From a virus (Duplodnaviria; Caudoviricetes), in IMG/VR virus record IMGVR_UViG_3300037470_000764, positions 1 to 58,165 of that record: a stretch of 58,165 nucleotides of DNA; one strand, 5' to 3'. Shown here one piece after another: positions 10,796 to 19,550 of this stretch. The notes under the pieces are model-generated. The model had not been told where the DNA came from and did not search any database. It worked only from the letters and a program-made list of their open reading frames with translations. Position numbers and translations under genes: made by a program. The number at the start of each line of letters is the position of its first letter. Within the stretch, counting starts at the first letter, position 1.

Positions 10796-11407
10796 TCAGA
10801 ACACCTTTTTCAGCAGCGCGCCGGCGACACCGCCACTCTTCAGCGAGTCCCAGGCGCTCTCCCATGTGTCGCCATCGAAAAGGTCGAGAGGTGACGAAAA
10901 GTTCCCCGCGATATTCACACCCTCTCCGAGCCCCGGAAGGATCTTGTTGCCTTGTTCTCGCAGATGGTCCTTGTCGGCGTAAAGCGACTGGCCCTTGAGC
11001 GCCGTCTCAAGGGGAAAGCTGTCGTTTTCCCGCCGGCCCTCATGGGCGGCGTTGGCCTCGTTGCCGACCACCGCGGCGGCAAGCCAGGTATAGGGGTTGG
11101 ACAAAAGACCGGAGGCCCATCCCCCGACGCCACTGCCGCTGCTTGCGCCGCCCGCGCCGGCGCTTCCACCGCTACCGCTGCCCATCAGATTGCTGAACAT
11201 GCCCACCGGCGGCATGCCGCCGCCTTGCTGCTGGCCGGTCTGCGCCGAACGCCGGGCCGCGGCCTGCTGTTCCTCGAGACGGCGGGCCTCTTCTTCCCGT
11301 CGTGCCTCTTCCTCGCGCAAGCGCTCGCTGGTTTCGTCGAAGAACGACCCCGCTACACCGGGGGAGTAGCTGCGCACCGGAACGGGGCTGCCGCCGAAGC
11401 GCGCCAT
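10796..11407 (-). CDS. Putative internal virion/DNA-ejection protein
   Basis: Coiled coil, G/S-rich linker and amphipathic segment (WASGLLSNPYTWLAAAVVG). N-terminal MARFGG is shared with the giant protein. Confidence 0.65.
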   Translation of the reverse strand: MARFGGSPVPVRSYSPGVAGSFFDETSERLREEEARREEEARRLEEQQAAARRSAQTGQQQGGGMPPVGMFSNLMGSGSGGSAGAGGASSGSGVGGWASGLLSNPYTWLAAAVVGNEANAAHEGRRENDSFPLETALKGQSLYADKDHLREQGNKILPGLGEGVNIAGNFSSPLDLFDGDTWESAWDSLKSGGVAGALLKKVF

Positions 11408-11410
11408 CGC

Positions 11411-12601
11411 TCAAGGCTTCCGCATCAGGGTCTGGTCGTCCGGGTCGAAGAAGATGGCGCCGGACGGTATTTTCGCATACTCCTCGTCCGTGGTCGGACG
11501 GTAGGGATTTGCTTCCGTGCCCGTATCGGCCGCCTCGACGCCGGGCGCCACGGGACGGGGCCGCGGCACGCCGTCATTGTCATCGGCGGCATCATCGGCC
11601 TCGTCTTCCGCCGCGATCAGCGTGTCGACCAGCTCGGTCGCCTCGCTAACGATTTCATCCTGGGGACGGTCGCCCGTCATCGGATTTGATTTTGTCGCCT
11701 TCACGAGGTCGATGATCATCTTCGCGCGCGCATTGGGATTGTCGCGCGCCTGACGGATCGTCCGATGCGCCTCGACCTTGTCTTTCGCGGTGGCGGTGCG
11801 GCCTTCGGACTCGGCGATGTTATTGGCCAGCCATTCAGCGGCCTTCACCTCGGCCGGCATCTGACCAACCGAGCCCTCCTTCAGCTTGAGGGTGTGTTTC
11901 AGGCTTTCAAGGGAGCGGTCATGCCCGGCCTTGATGCCCTCTTTCCGCCCGAATGTCTCGACCTCGAGATCGGCTTTGTCGCGCGCCTGTTTGGCCGCGA
12001 GCCGCGATTCGTAAGCCGCCTCCGGATTGAAAAGCTGCGTCAGGCCTTGTTCCACATTGTCGCGCGTGACGTCCCAGACAAGCTCCGCGCCGTCGCCGTC
12101 CCTCAACTTGACGCGGAACCCCGAGCCGTCCGGAAGCGCTTCGCGCCCCGCGAGGGAATAGGAATGGTCGAGATAGCCTTTGACCTTGCCTGCCTCGACC
12201 GCGTTGTCGATCGCGCCGACTAGATCGCCGGCCTGTGCTTTAAGGAGGGCGGAGCCGAACATGCGGCTGCCCTTTCGCGCGGCCTCGCTCTCGTACCAGT
12301 CGGTCCAGTCCTTCGCGCCCTTGTAGTCGCCCTGGCCGATCAGCAGGGCGGCGCGCTCCGGGCCCTTGTAGCGCACCAGAAAATCCGCGACATCGCCCGG
12401 CTTCTGTTCGCCCGACGCGACTTTCTGATCGAACTCGGCGCGGGCCGATGTGTCGAACTCGTCCAGCTCTTTCTGCTGCCCGCGCACCCGGTCGCGCTGC
12501 TCACGCTCATATTTCTTCTCGTCCATCATCACGCCGAACGAGCGGCCGCGCTGCAACCCCTCCATGAAGGCGCCGACGCCGATTCCTACCCCGAGACCCA
12601 T
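11411..12601 (-). CDS. Putative internal virion/DNA-ejection protein
   Basis: N-terminal MGLGVGIGVGAFMEG, helical body and C-terminal YAKIPSGAIFFDPD...RKP. Start overlaps the upstream stop (TGATG). Confidence 0.7.
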   Translation of the reverse strand: MGLGVGIGVGAFMEGLQRGRSFGVMMDEKKYEREQRDRVRGQQKELDEFDTSARAEFDQKVASGEQKPGDVADFLVRYKGPERAALLIGQGDYKGAKDWTDWYESEAARKGSRMFGSALLKAQAGDLVGAIDNAVEAGKVKGYLDHSYSLAGREALPDGSGFRVKLRDGDGAELVWDVTRDNVEQGLTQLFNPEAAYESRLAAKQARDKADLEVETFGRKEGIKAGHDRSLESLKHTLKLKEGSVGQMPAEVKAAEWLANNIAESEGRTATAKDKVEAHRTIRQARDNPNARAKMIIDLVKATKSNPMTGDRPQDEIVSEATELVDTLIAAEDEADDAADDNDGVPRPRPVAPGVEAADTGTEANPYRPTTDEEYAKIPSGAIFFDPDDQTLMRKP

Positions 12602-13707
12602 CAGGCGGCCTCCTTCATTTCGACGGCTTTGGCGATGCGGCTCACCTTGCGATCGAGATCCTTGAGCGCGCCCATCGTCACGCCGATCGCGTCCTGGGCC
12701 GCAATCGTCTTGCCATCACCCTTGCCGGTCGATTTCTTGAAGTCCTGGGCATAGGTGCCGATATGCCGGCCCGCGTCGGCGACGCCGGGCGCGTAATTCC
12801 ATTCCTCGACGCGCATGTCCTTGACCGCCTCGAGCGCCGCGCCTTCCTTCAGCTTTTTCTTGTCGGTCTTGATGTTCTCGTCCGAGCCCCAGATCATGCC
12901 GGCCGCCGTGCCGAGACCGCTGGCGATGCCACCGATCGCCGAGCCCTGCGCCTGGTTTTCCGCCGCCCAGGAGTTGAGCTGGCTGTTGTAAAGCTGGTTG
13001 AGGGTCGAAGCCTGACCGCCATAGCCCGCCATGGCGCCCTGATAACCCTGACCCATGACGCCGGTCGAATTGATGAACTGCTGGTTCGCCGCGCCGGCGT
13101 TGCCAGCGGCCGAGTTGCCCGCGCTCAAACCCACGCTCGCGGCCTGGGCCGACTGCGACGGCAGGCCCCGGCCGAGATTGGCGACGTCGGCGGTAAGGGC
13201 CAGGCCTTTGTCTCGAACATTGTTGCGCGCCAGGTTCGCAGCGCCCGCCGAATTGAGGGCGGTGCCGAGCTCGCCGGCACGGTCGATACCCCGATAGCGG
13301 CCCGAATCGGGGTTGATCCCGACGGCCATCATCCGTCGCTGTGCCGCCTCGCGCTCCGCGGCCGAGGCCATCTGCACGTCGCCGCGCGCCTCCGCCGCCG
13401 CCGCCGCCTGACGTTCCGGCGTGGCATAGGACGTTGCGTCCTCAATGAACTTGTCCTCGATCGGTTTGAAGACGGTTTCGTAGCGCTCACGATCGTCCCG
13501 CGACCAGCCTGCCTGCTCGCCGGCAATGCCGATCTGCTGTTCTGTGATCTGTTTGGTGAGGGCGTCGAGTTCGGCCTGGCGCGAGGTCGATACCGCGAAG
13601 GATTCCTCGGCGAATTTGAGCCACTGCTCTCCCGTTTCCGCCTGTTTCAAGGCGGCTTTGCCGATATTGGGATCGGCGGAAGGAGCGGAACCGGAGGATT
13701 TGCCCAT
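12601..13707 (-). CDS. Virion protein with C-terminal peptidase S74-like (autocleaving chaperone) domain
   Basis: Start MGKSSGSAPSADP at 13707, A/G/Q-rich body, C-terminal GSDENIKTD...WNY...HIGTYAQDF. Confidence 0.8.
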   Translation of the reverse strand: MGKSSGSAPSADPNIGKAALKQAETGEQWLKFAEESFAVSTSRQAELDALTKQITEQQIGIAGEQAGWSRDDRERYETVFKPIEDKFIEDATSYATPERQAAAAAEARGDVQMASAAEREAAQRRMMAVGINPDSGRYRGIDRAGELGTALNSAGAANLARNNVRDKGLALTADVANLGRGLPSQSAQAASVGLSAGNSAAGNAGAANQQFINSTGVMGQGYQGAMAGYGGQASTLNQLYNSQLNSWAAENQAQGSAIGGIASGLGTAAGMIWGSDENIKTDKKKLKEGAALEAVKDMRVEEWNYAPGVADAGRHIGTYAQDFKKSTGKGDGKTIAAQDAIGVTMGALKDLDRKVSRIAKAVEMKEAA

Positions 13708-13733
13708 GGCGCAACTGTCCTTTCTAGCGGACA

Positions 13734-13787
13734 GCGCTCCTGCGCCGGTCGACAGCATCGTTATAAGGTTATTCGGCCCCTTTGAAA
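13734..13787 (-). promoter_or_regulatory. Putative late promoter with GCGCAGGAGCGC leader hairpin (ejection-protein operon)
   Basis: TTTCAA (13787-13782)-N16-TATAAC (13765-13760). GCGCAGGAGCGC at 13745-13734, 26 nt before ATG 13707. Confidence 0.6.
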
Positions 13788-13810
13788 AGGGCGCGCGCGG
13801 TGCCTAGATT
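13782..13810 (+). promoter_or_regulatory. Putative sigma70 promoter of the small moron gene
   Basis: TTGAAA-N17-TAGATT, back-to-back with the late promoter. Confidence 0.5.
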
Positions 13811-13865
13811 TGATGTGGATGGATTTTGGGACGAGTGACAGCAACGGTCCCCGGCTGGAGGGTTG

Positions 13866-14015
13866 ATGAGCGACTCGCAGTTCATGATAATTTGCTATTT
13901 GGCATTCGTGGTGGCGGCGATTGTGCTGGGTGTTTTTGCCGGCTCTTTCGAGGTGGGCGGCGCCTTTGAGGCGGGAAGTCCCAGCCTCCCGCCCTGTCCG
14001 GGTTGCCGCGGCTAA
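13866..14015 (+). CDS. 49-aa membrane microprotein (moron) with C-terminal CxxC; not in the ORF track
   Basis: GGAGG RBS, then MSDSQFMIICYLAFVVAAIVLGVFAGSFEVGGAFEAGSPSLPPCPGCRG*. Has its own promoter and a downstream hairpin. Confidence 0.65.
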   Translation: MSDSQFMIICYLAFVVAAIVLGVFAGSFEVGGAFEAGSPSLPPCPGCRG

Positions 14016-14020
14016 CACCA

Positions 14021-14045
14021 GGGACGGGGCCTCGTCCCCCTTTAT
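14021..14045 (+). terminator. Possible intrinsic terminator between convergent genes
   Basis: GGGACG-N6-CGTCCC followed by CCTTTAT. Confidence 0.4.
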
Positions 14046-14527
14046 CCTGCCGGCGGCAGGGCTTGGGGGCGGGCTGAACTGGCCGAAGCGTCGAGCCGCC
14101 GGAAGGTCTGGGGAATCCAGCGGCACTCCCGCCTGAGCATCCGCATCACGATATTGGCTTCGCCGTCGTGGCCGTCCTCCTCGAGGCGACCGAGCTGGCG
14201 CCAGCCGAGATGCGTGTTGAGCCGCAACGCTTCCGCGTTGTTTTCCGACACGAGCGTGGTGATGCCGGGGAAATTGCAGGTGATGAAGGGATAGGCAAAG
14301 CCTGCGGTCAGAAACTCGCGCGTCATCCATTTTTTCGAGCCATCCGAGACGAGGTGGACCAGACATCCTGTGGTGCTGAACGTGTCGTAGACCGCGACCG
14401 CCCTGATGATGCCATCCCGCTCCACGCCGATGGTGACCGCATCGCGGCGGAATTTGGCGCGGTCGAGATGTTCCTCCGCCCACCTGATCAGGGTCTTGCC
14501 GCCATCGGCGATGACACGAGCTGTCAT
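14042..14527 (-). CDS. GNAT-family acetyltransferase
   Basis: GFAYPF...ITTLVSENNAEALRLNTHLGWRQLGRL matches the GNAT motif B pattern. ATGA overlap with the upstream gene. Confidence 0.8.
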   Translation of the reverse strand: MTARVIADGGKTLIRWAEEHLDRAKFRRDAVTIGVERDGIIRAVAVYDTFSTTGCLVHLVSDGSKKWMTREFLTAGFAYPFITCNFPGITTLVSENNAEALRLNTHLGWRQLGRLEEDGHDGEANIVMRMLRRECRWIPQTFRRLDASASSARPQALPPAG

Positions 14528-14823
14528 AGCGTCAGCTTTTTCTGCAGCGCATCGTGAATCTCCCGCACCCGGTTCCACAGTTCCTCGACATCGGCGAGGA
14601 GGGCATCGAACTCCGCCGCCGTGGGTGCGGCACCCGCCGCCTTGACGGCGCTCATCTTCTCGCGCATGCGCAGGACGGAACCGAGATCGTCAATGCGGAC
14701 GGCCTGCTGGCGTTTGTTGGCGCGCACGCGCGAGCCGTCGAGGGTTTCGAGCTTCTCGCGAAGACCATCCTCGCTCGCGATCCCGGCGCGTCGCGCGCCA
14801 GTTTGGGCTTCCGGCCGTCTCAT
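14524..14823 (-). CDS. Hypothetical virion-operon protein
   Basis: 99 aa with PTAAEFDALLADV motif, coupled to both neighbours. Confidence 0.7.
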   Translation of the reverse strand: MRRPEAQTGARRAGIASEDGLREKLETLDGSRVRANKRQQAVRIDDLGSVLRMREKMSAVKAAGAAPTAAEFDALLADVEELWNRVREIHDALQKKLTL

Positions 14824-16580
14824 GGCACGCGCTTCAGTTCATCGACGGTGCGCGCCATCCTGACCTCGTCGACACGGGCCGTACCATAAACGGCGACTTC
14901 CCATGTCCGCGCCTTGTAGCCACCCGGCAGGCGTTCCGGGCTGTTCGTCTTCGTGACCGTGGCGATCAGCACCTTGTCCGCGAAGACCGAGACCACGACA
15001 GAGGGTTCGATGACAATCATTTCCTGGAGATAATCGCCGTTCAGTTCCACCTCGTTGAGGGCCAGCTCGTTGATAGCCCCTGCGGTTTCGTCGTCCGCGA
15101 TCAGCGCGGCGTTGGCGATCAGGATCGCGGCGTTCTCCTCAGCCGACGCATCGACGTCCTCCTGTGTCACCTCGGCATCGGCGTCGATGCGCAGCGCCCC
15201 GAAGTTTTCGGCATAGGGGAGAACGAATTCCTTGCTTTTCCAGTACTGGTTGAGCCGCGCAGCGCCCCTGGTGTCGTACTGATAGATCGAGCGCGTTCCC
15301 TCTTCGACATAGTACAGGTTCCCGGTTTCTACCTGGTGAAACGCGGCGATGCCGCGCGGCGCGGCTCTGACGAGGAACGACTGGCTGCTGATGTCGATCA
15401 GCATCATGCCGTCGAGCACCTCGGCGGCCAGGCCCGTCGCGGTGTAAAAAGCGACGTATCGCCCCGACATTTGAGCCCCGACCATGCTGGCGGGATTGAG
15501 GTCGAGCCATTTTCGCCGTGTGAAGATATTGACGGTCGCAATCGCGGTTGCGCCGGTTGGTGTGACCGTCACCAGACCCTCATGCGAGGGGTAGGCCAGC
15601 ATGTATCCGAGATCGACAACACCGCGCGCATTGATGCAAGGCAGGTTGTCGTCGAGCCGCTCGCCCTGCATGGATTCAGGCATGGCGCCGGAGAACACAT
15701 GGGGATGCGCCTCGGTCAGGACGACGAGGGTTGAGCCCAGCGCGCCCAGTGCGACGATCGGCGCGTTCGCGGCTTGTGTGTATTTTTCCGGCCAGGCATG
15801 GGGATGGTAGGGCTCACAGAAGTATATGTCCTTGCCGACAAAGCCGGCCATCATACCGTTCGGCATCTGGACAAGGCCCGCGAGCGTGTCGGGCGGCGCG
15901 TTCCAGTCCGTCGAGGGCAACAGCTCGCCGAACTGCTCGGGCGGGATGTCGTCCGTGAAATCCGCCGTGGTCGCGGCCCGTTCCGCGATCAGATAGAGCC
16001 CGGTGCCGATTTGCCCGGTCTGCGAGCGGTAAATGCGCTGTGTCGCGATGGCGCGGCCCGAGGGAATGGCGGAAAAACCCGACAGCACAACATCGTCGCC
16101 GGGCTGGAATTCCACCACGGCGCTGGCCGGTGACGGCTCGCTCTCTTCGCCGAGCGAAGTGACCCAGGTATAGACATAAATGCGGTCCGTCACGTCACCC
16201 GATCCGGCGCCGTCCGGCGTGCCTGTCAGGGCGCTCGGCGGCCTCGGTACGGCAAGGTCATAGACATCCTCGCCCACGCGCAGCTTGGGTACGCCGTCGC
16301 CGGTGTAGTAGAGCCGGTCGGTGGCAACAGATCCGGGCACGGCATGGACGGCGGTCTCCCAGGAGAGCCAGTCCTCGCCATAGAGATAGATTGTCTTGGG
16401 GGCGCCCTCGTATTCGTCCGTGATGTCGTGGATCAGGACCGAGCGGCGGATCGGCGTCAGGGCCCCGTCATCGAGCCGCGTGTTAACCGCGGATTGCGCG
16501 GCCATTTCGGGCATCAGGCGGGGGATAACCCGCGGCTGCTCGCCGATAAAGCCTGTCAGTTTGATCAGCGGTCCGGGCAT
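14820..16580 (-). CDS. Tail tubular/nozzle (stabilisation) protein
   Basis: Start MPGPLIKLTGFIGEQPR. YVYTWVT...GEESEPS, RIYRS and FCEPYHPHAWP motifs are typical of podovirus tail proteins. Confidence 0.75.
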   Translation of the reverse strand: MPGPLIKLTGFIGEQPRVIPRLMPEMAAQSAVNTRLDDGALTPIRRSVLIHDITDEYEGAPKTIYLYGEDWLSWETAVHAVPGSVATDRLYYTGDGVPKLRVGEDVYDLAVPRPPSALTGTPDGAGSGDVTDRIYVYTWVTSLGEESEPSPASAVVEFQPGDDVVLSGFSAIPSGRAIATQRIYRSQTGQIGTGLYLIAERAATTADFTDDIPPEQFGELLPSTDWNAPPDTLAGLVQMPNGMMAGFVGKDIYFCEPYHPHAWPEKYTQAANAPIVALGALGSTLVVLTEAHPHVFSGAMPESMQGERLDDNLPCINARGVVDLGYMLAYPSHEGLVTVTPTGATAIATVNIFTRRKWLDLNPASMVGAQMSGRYVAFYTATGLAAEVLDGMMLIDISSQSFLVRAAPRGIAAFHQVETGNLYYVEEGTRSIYQYDTRGAARLNQYWKSKEFVLPYAENFGALRIDADAEVTQEDVDASAEENAAILIANAALIADDETAGAINELALNEVELNGDYLQEMIVIEPSVVVSVFADKVLIATVTKTNSPERLPGGYKARTWEVAVYGTARVDEVRMARTVDELKRVP

Positions 16581-16600
16581 GGCAATGAGGTGCTTTCGCG

Positions 16601-16609
16601 TGCTAGATT
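16601..16609 (+). promoter_or_regulatory. Extended -10 promoter candidate for the TylF moron
   Basis: TGcTAGATT, the same -10 hexamer as the 13805 moron promoter. Confidence 0.4.
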
Positions 16610-16635
16610 GAGCTTTGGAAGCTGGGACAATCCGA

Positions 16636-17406
16636 ATGTTGAGAACGATCGAGCGGCGTCTTCGGCCGTACTTCAGGGCGGTTTTTCCGCGCGCCGCGAG
16701 TCGGCGAAAATCGTTCGACTTCTTCGCCGACGGCATGGGAACGAAGGGAAAGATACTTGCTCCCTTGCTCGATGCGGCGTTCGTGGATGCGTATCAGTTT
16801 GCCCATGACGGCAATGTCGATGCGTGGCGCGGCAAGGTGCCCAACATTCGCTGGCGCGGCCTTACATGCTGCTGGGCAGCGCGGCATGCGCTCGCGCTCG
16901 AGGGCGACTTCGTTGAGTGTGGGGTCAACACCGGCATATTGTCGATGACCGTCTGCCATTACCTCGGCTTTGAGAATCTTGACCGGCGGTTTTTTCTCTA
17001 CGACACATTCGACGGCATTCCGGTGGGCGCTCTTTCTGGCGCGGAAAAGGCAATGGCCGAAAGCATCAATGACCGGCTCTATTTCGATTGTTTCGAGATC
17101 GCCGCCGCGAACTTCGCCCGCTATCCCAATGTGAAGCTCGTGCGTGGTCTTCTTCCCGGCACGCTCGCCGAGGAATGCCCCGACCGCATCGCCTACCTCT
17201 CGATCGATATGAACAGCGAGACATTCGAGCGCCAGACCATAGACGCGCTGTGGTCGCGTCTGGTCCCGGGCGCGGCGGTCATTATCGACGATTACGGCTT
17301 TGCGGGCCATGAAGCCCAGCACAGGATGTGGAACGCCTTCGCCGCCGAGAAAGGCACGGCCATTCTCCCTGTGCCGACAGGCCAGGGCGTGCTGCTCAAG
17401 TGTTGA
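16636..17406 (+). CDS. TylF/MycF/NovP-family SAM-dependent O-methyltransferase (moron)
   Basis: GDFVECGV, LYDTFDGIP, LVRG...TL, IAYLSIDMN and GAAVIIDDYG motifs. Opposite strand inside the tail module. Confidence 0.88.
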   Translation: MLRTIERRLRPYFRAVFPRAASRRKSFDFFADGMGTKGKILAPLLDAAFVDAYQFAHDGNVDAWRGKVPNIRWRGLTCCWAARHALALEGDFVECGVNTGILSMTVCHYLGFENLDRRFFLYDTFDGIPVGALSGAEKAMAESINDRLYFDCFEIAAANFARYPNVKLVRGLLPGTLAEECPDRIAYLSIDMNSETFERQTIDALWSRLVPGAAVIIDDYGFAGHEAQHRMWNAFAAEKGTAILPVPTGQGVLLKC

Positions 17407-17429
17407 GGCCTCCTGTCGATCCATGACGG

Positions 17430-17717
17430 TTATCCATGGCCCAACTGCTTTATGCGGATGGCTTCGGTGACGCGCCCGAAACCATTGGCGACCTCGTTAC
17501 GGTTCGACTCGACGGCCGCCTGCACGCCGTTTGCAATCTCGACCTGGGCGGCGATCGATTTCATCATCACCGAGAAAGCACAGTTGAAGACCTTCTCTTC
17601 CCCCGTCTGAATGTTGCGCCAGACAACACCGGTTTCCTCCCATGCCGGACAAAAGCGCTTCGCCTTCGGATCGGAAGTGCGTGGGCATTCGCCGTTGATG
17701 AGCGCGCATTTACCCAT
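17430..17717 (-). CDS. Cys-containing hypothetical protein downstream of the tail fibre (possible fibre chaperone)
   Basis: MGKCALINGECP...CPAW...CA, C-terminal AAVESNRNE. Confidence 0.7.
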   Translation of the reverse strand: MGKCALINGECPRTSDPKAKRFCPAWEETGVVWRNIQTGEEKVFNCAFSVMMKSIAAQVEIANGVQAAVESNRNEVANGFGRVTEAIRIKQLGHG

Positions 17718-17721
17718 TGCG

Positions 17722-18915
17722 TCAGTCCTTTGTGCATTTGATGCAGGAGAGGTTCGAAGGCCGCCATGCGCCGCTGCTCGAAATCGCCGGGCCGGTGTGG
17801 GCATGACTGTTGCCGCTGCCTGACGACGAAGTGGTCTTGGTGCCGTCTGTCGTGGTGCCGCGCGCCACATGGCTGCCGGTGCCGAGCGTACCGCCGCCGA
17901 CGGTGATTGTGTGATTGTGTGACGGAATCTGCGCCAGCGTCAGGGCTGTCGATCCGGTGTTGCCGTTTGTCAGCCCCGAGATCGTCCAGCTCCCGGCAGT
18001 CGCGCCGCCGGTGCCGCTCACAACTCGAATGACGCGATCGTCGACATCGGTGTCCTTCGTCCAGCCGAGCGGTGCCGATGCCTGAGGAAACAGAAGTTTC
18101 GTCCCGGCCGGGAAGGCCTGCACCGCGCCGGCTTTTGTGAGAGGGACTTCTACATCGACACCGTCCCTGTAGAAAAGTTCGGATTTAGAGGAGACAGCTT
18201 TGGTGAAGAGCACACCGGACGCCGCCACATATGCGGGCGAGTCGGCTTGCTCCTTCAGCCGCAAGCTGTTGCTGAACAGGCTGGCGGCGAGATCGGCCGC
18301 GAGCGCCGGCCCGAGTGCTTTGACATCGACCCCGTCCGAGACGAGAGCCTGGATGTAGCCCTGCGGCACCACAACGCCCACGGATGACACGTCGCTGGTC
18401 TCGACCGTGACCGAGAAAGTCCCGGCCGTACCGTTTTCCACGATGATGAATGCTGGGCTTTCCGGCAGGATATAGGCGATGTCGGCCGTCACTGTGCCGC
18501 TGAGCTTGTGCAGCAGATTGGCCGCTTCATCGGCCGTGAGTGTCACGTCGACGCCGCCCGCGACATCCTTCTCCAGCGCCGCGCCGGTCACGCCGGCAAG
18601 GCGCTCGTCTTCGGTGGTAAGGCCGTCGATCACCGCATTGGTAACCCGCACCTCGACCCGCGCGCCGGCATCGAAGGCAAGGGCGGTCGTCCCTTCCTGT
18701 CCGCGCACAACGGTGAGGGTAAGCCCCGAGCGCGCCGTGCAGCGCATTATCTCGCGGTTTGCGTTGCTGTCGACCACGGTGACGGGATGCCAGTCGCCGG
18801 CGCCGAGCGTCGGAAACTTGCTTTCGTCGCCGGTCGTGATTGCGAGCGTCGTCTGGCTATCCGTGATGCTCGACGAAAGCAGGCTTGAGGCGTTGTTTGC
18901 GAGTTTCAGACCCAT
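17722..18915 (-). CDS. Tail fibre protein
   Basis: N-terminal KLANNASSLL...EIMRCTARSGLTLTVVRGQEGT anchor, collar-like FPAGTKLLFPQASAPLGWTK, fibre-tip LTLAQIPSHNH and HAH motifs. Confidence 0.85.
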   Translation of the reverse strand: MGLKLANNASSLLSSSITDSQTTLAITTGDESKFPTLGAGDWHPVTVVDSNANREIMRCTARSGLTLTVVRGQEGTTALAFDAGARVEVRVTNAVIDGLTTEDERLAGVTGAALEKDVAGGVDVTLTADEAANLLHKLSGTVTADIAYILPESPAFIIVENGTAGTFSVTVETSDVSSVGVVVPQGYIQALVSDGVDVKALGPALAADLAASLFSNSLRLKEQADSPAYVAASGVLFTKAVSSKSELFYRDGVDVEVPLTKAGAVQAFPAGTKLLFPQASAPLGWTKDTDVDDRVIRVVSGTGGATAGSWTISGLTNGNTGSTALTLAQIPSHNHTITVGGGTLGTGSHVARGTTTDGTKTTSSSGSGNSHAHTGPAISSSGAWRPSNLSCIKCTKD

Positions 18916-18926
18916 AGCCAACCCCT

Positions 18927-19550
18927 CTAGATGAAATGAGAGCGGGAGCGAAGGCGTCCGCCTTGCTGCCCTTTCGCGGATTCGTATGCGAGGGTGTCGA
19001 GCCAGCCTTCAAACGTCTTCGTGAAAGCCCCGCCGGCTTGCGGATTGGCGTAGGTCGTGTTGGTCGACATCAGCAGCTTGCCGGCCGCACCCTTACCGAT
19101 GCGCTCGCCATGCATGTCGATCAGAAAATCCGGCAGCGTCGTGGCGGTCTCGGCCGGGCGGAGGATCAGCCGGGCCTTGAGCGTGCCGGCTACCCGCGGG
19201 TAGAGCTTGATGATATTCGGATGGATCTGCGTGATGTAGTTTGCCGAACCCTCGGTTTCGTCGAAGGACCAGCCCGGATATTCGGTATCGAGCCATTCCG
19301 CCGTCTTCGGCTTCAGTTCGGTCGTGTCGATCTGGGCGGCCCGAATTTCGTAGATCAGGGCATCCGATGAGACGGGGGCGAGGACTTCGTCCTCGGATAC
19401 TGTCACCGTGACCTCGATATTCTCCTTCCAGAGGCGGGTGCGCTCACAAAATTCGTTTGCCGCACCGCGCAAAGCCCGTATCGCGCGCGGCTCGGGGCAG
19501 GCCGGTGCCTCGGTCATGACATGGTGAAGCAGGAGGTCGATGTCCTTCAT
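18927..19550 (-). CDS. Head-tail adaptor / tail tubular protein A-like
   Basis: PACPEP...ALRGAANEFCERTRLW motif and position. Confidence 0.7.
   Translation of the reverse strand: MKDIDLLLHHVMTEAPACPEPRAIRALRGAANEFCERTRLWKENIEVTVTVSEDEVLAPVSSDALIYEIRAAQIDTTELKPKTAEWLDTEYPGWSFDETEGSANYITQIHPNIIKLYPRVAGTLKARLILRPAETATTLPDFLIDMHGERIGKGAAGKLLMSTNTTYANPQAGGAFTKTFEGWLDTLAYESAKGQQGGRLRSRSHFI

Noticed and set aside
17722-18915. Diversity-generating retroelement targeting the tail fibre
   Set aside because: No reverse transcriptase and no template/variable repeat pair seen.
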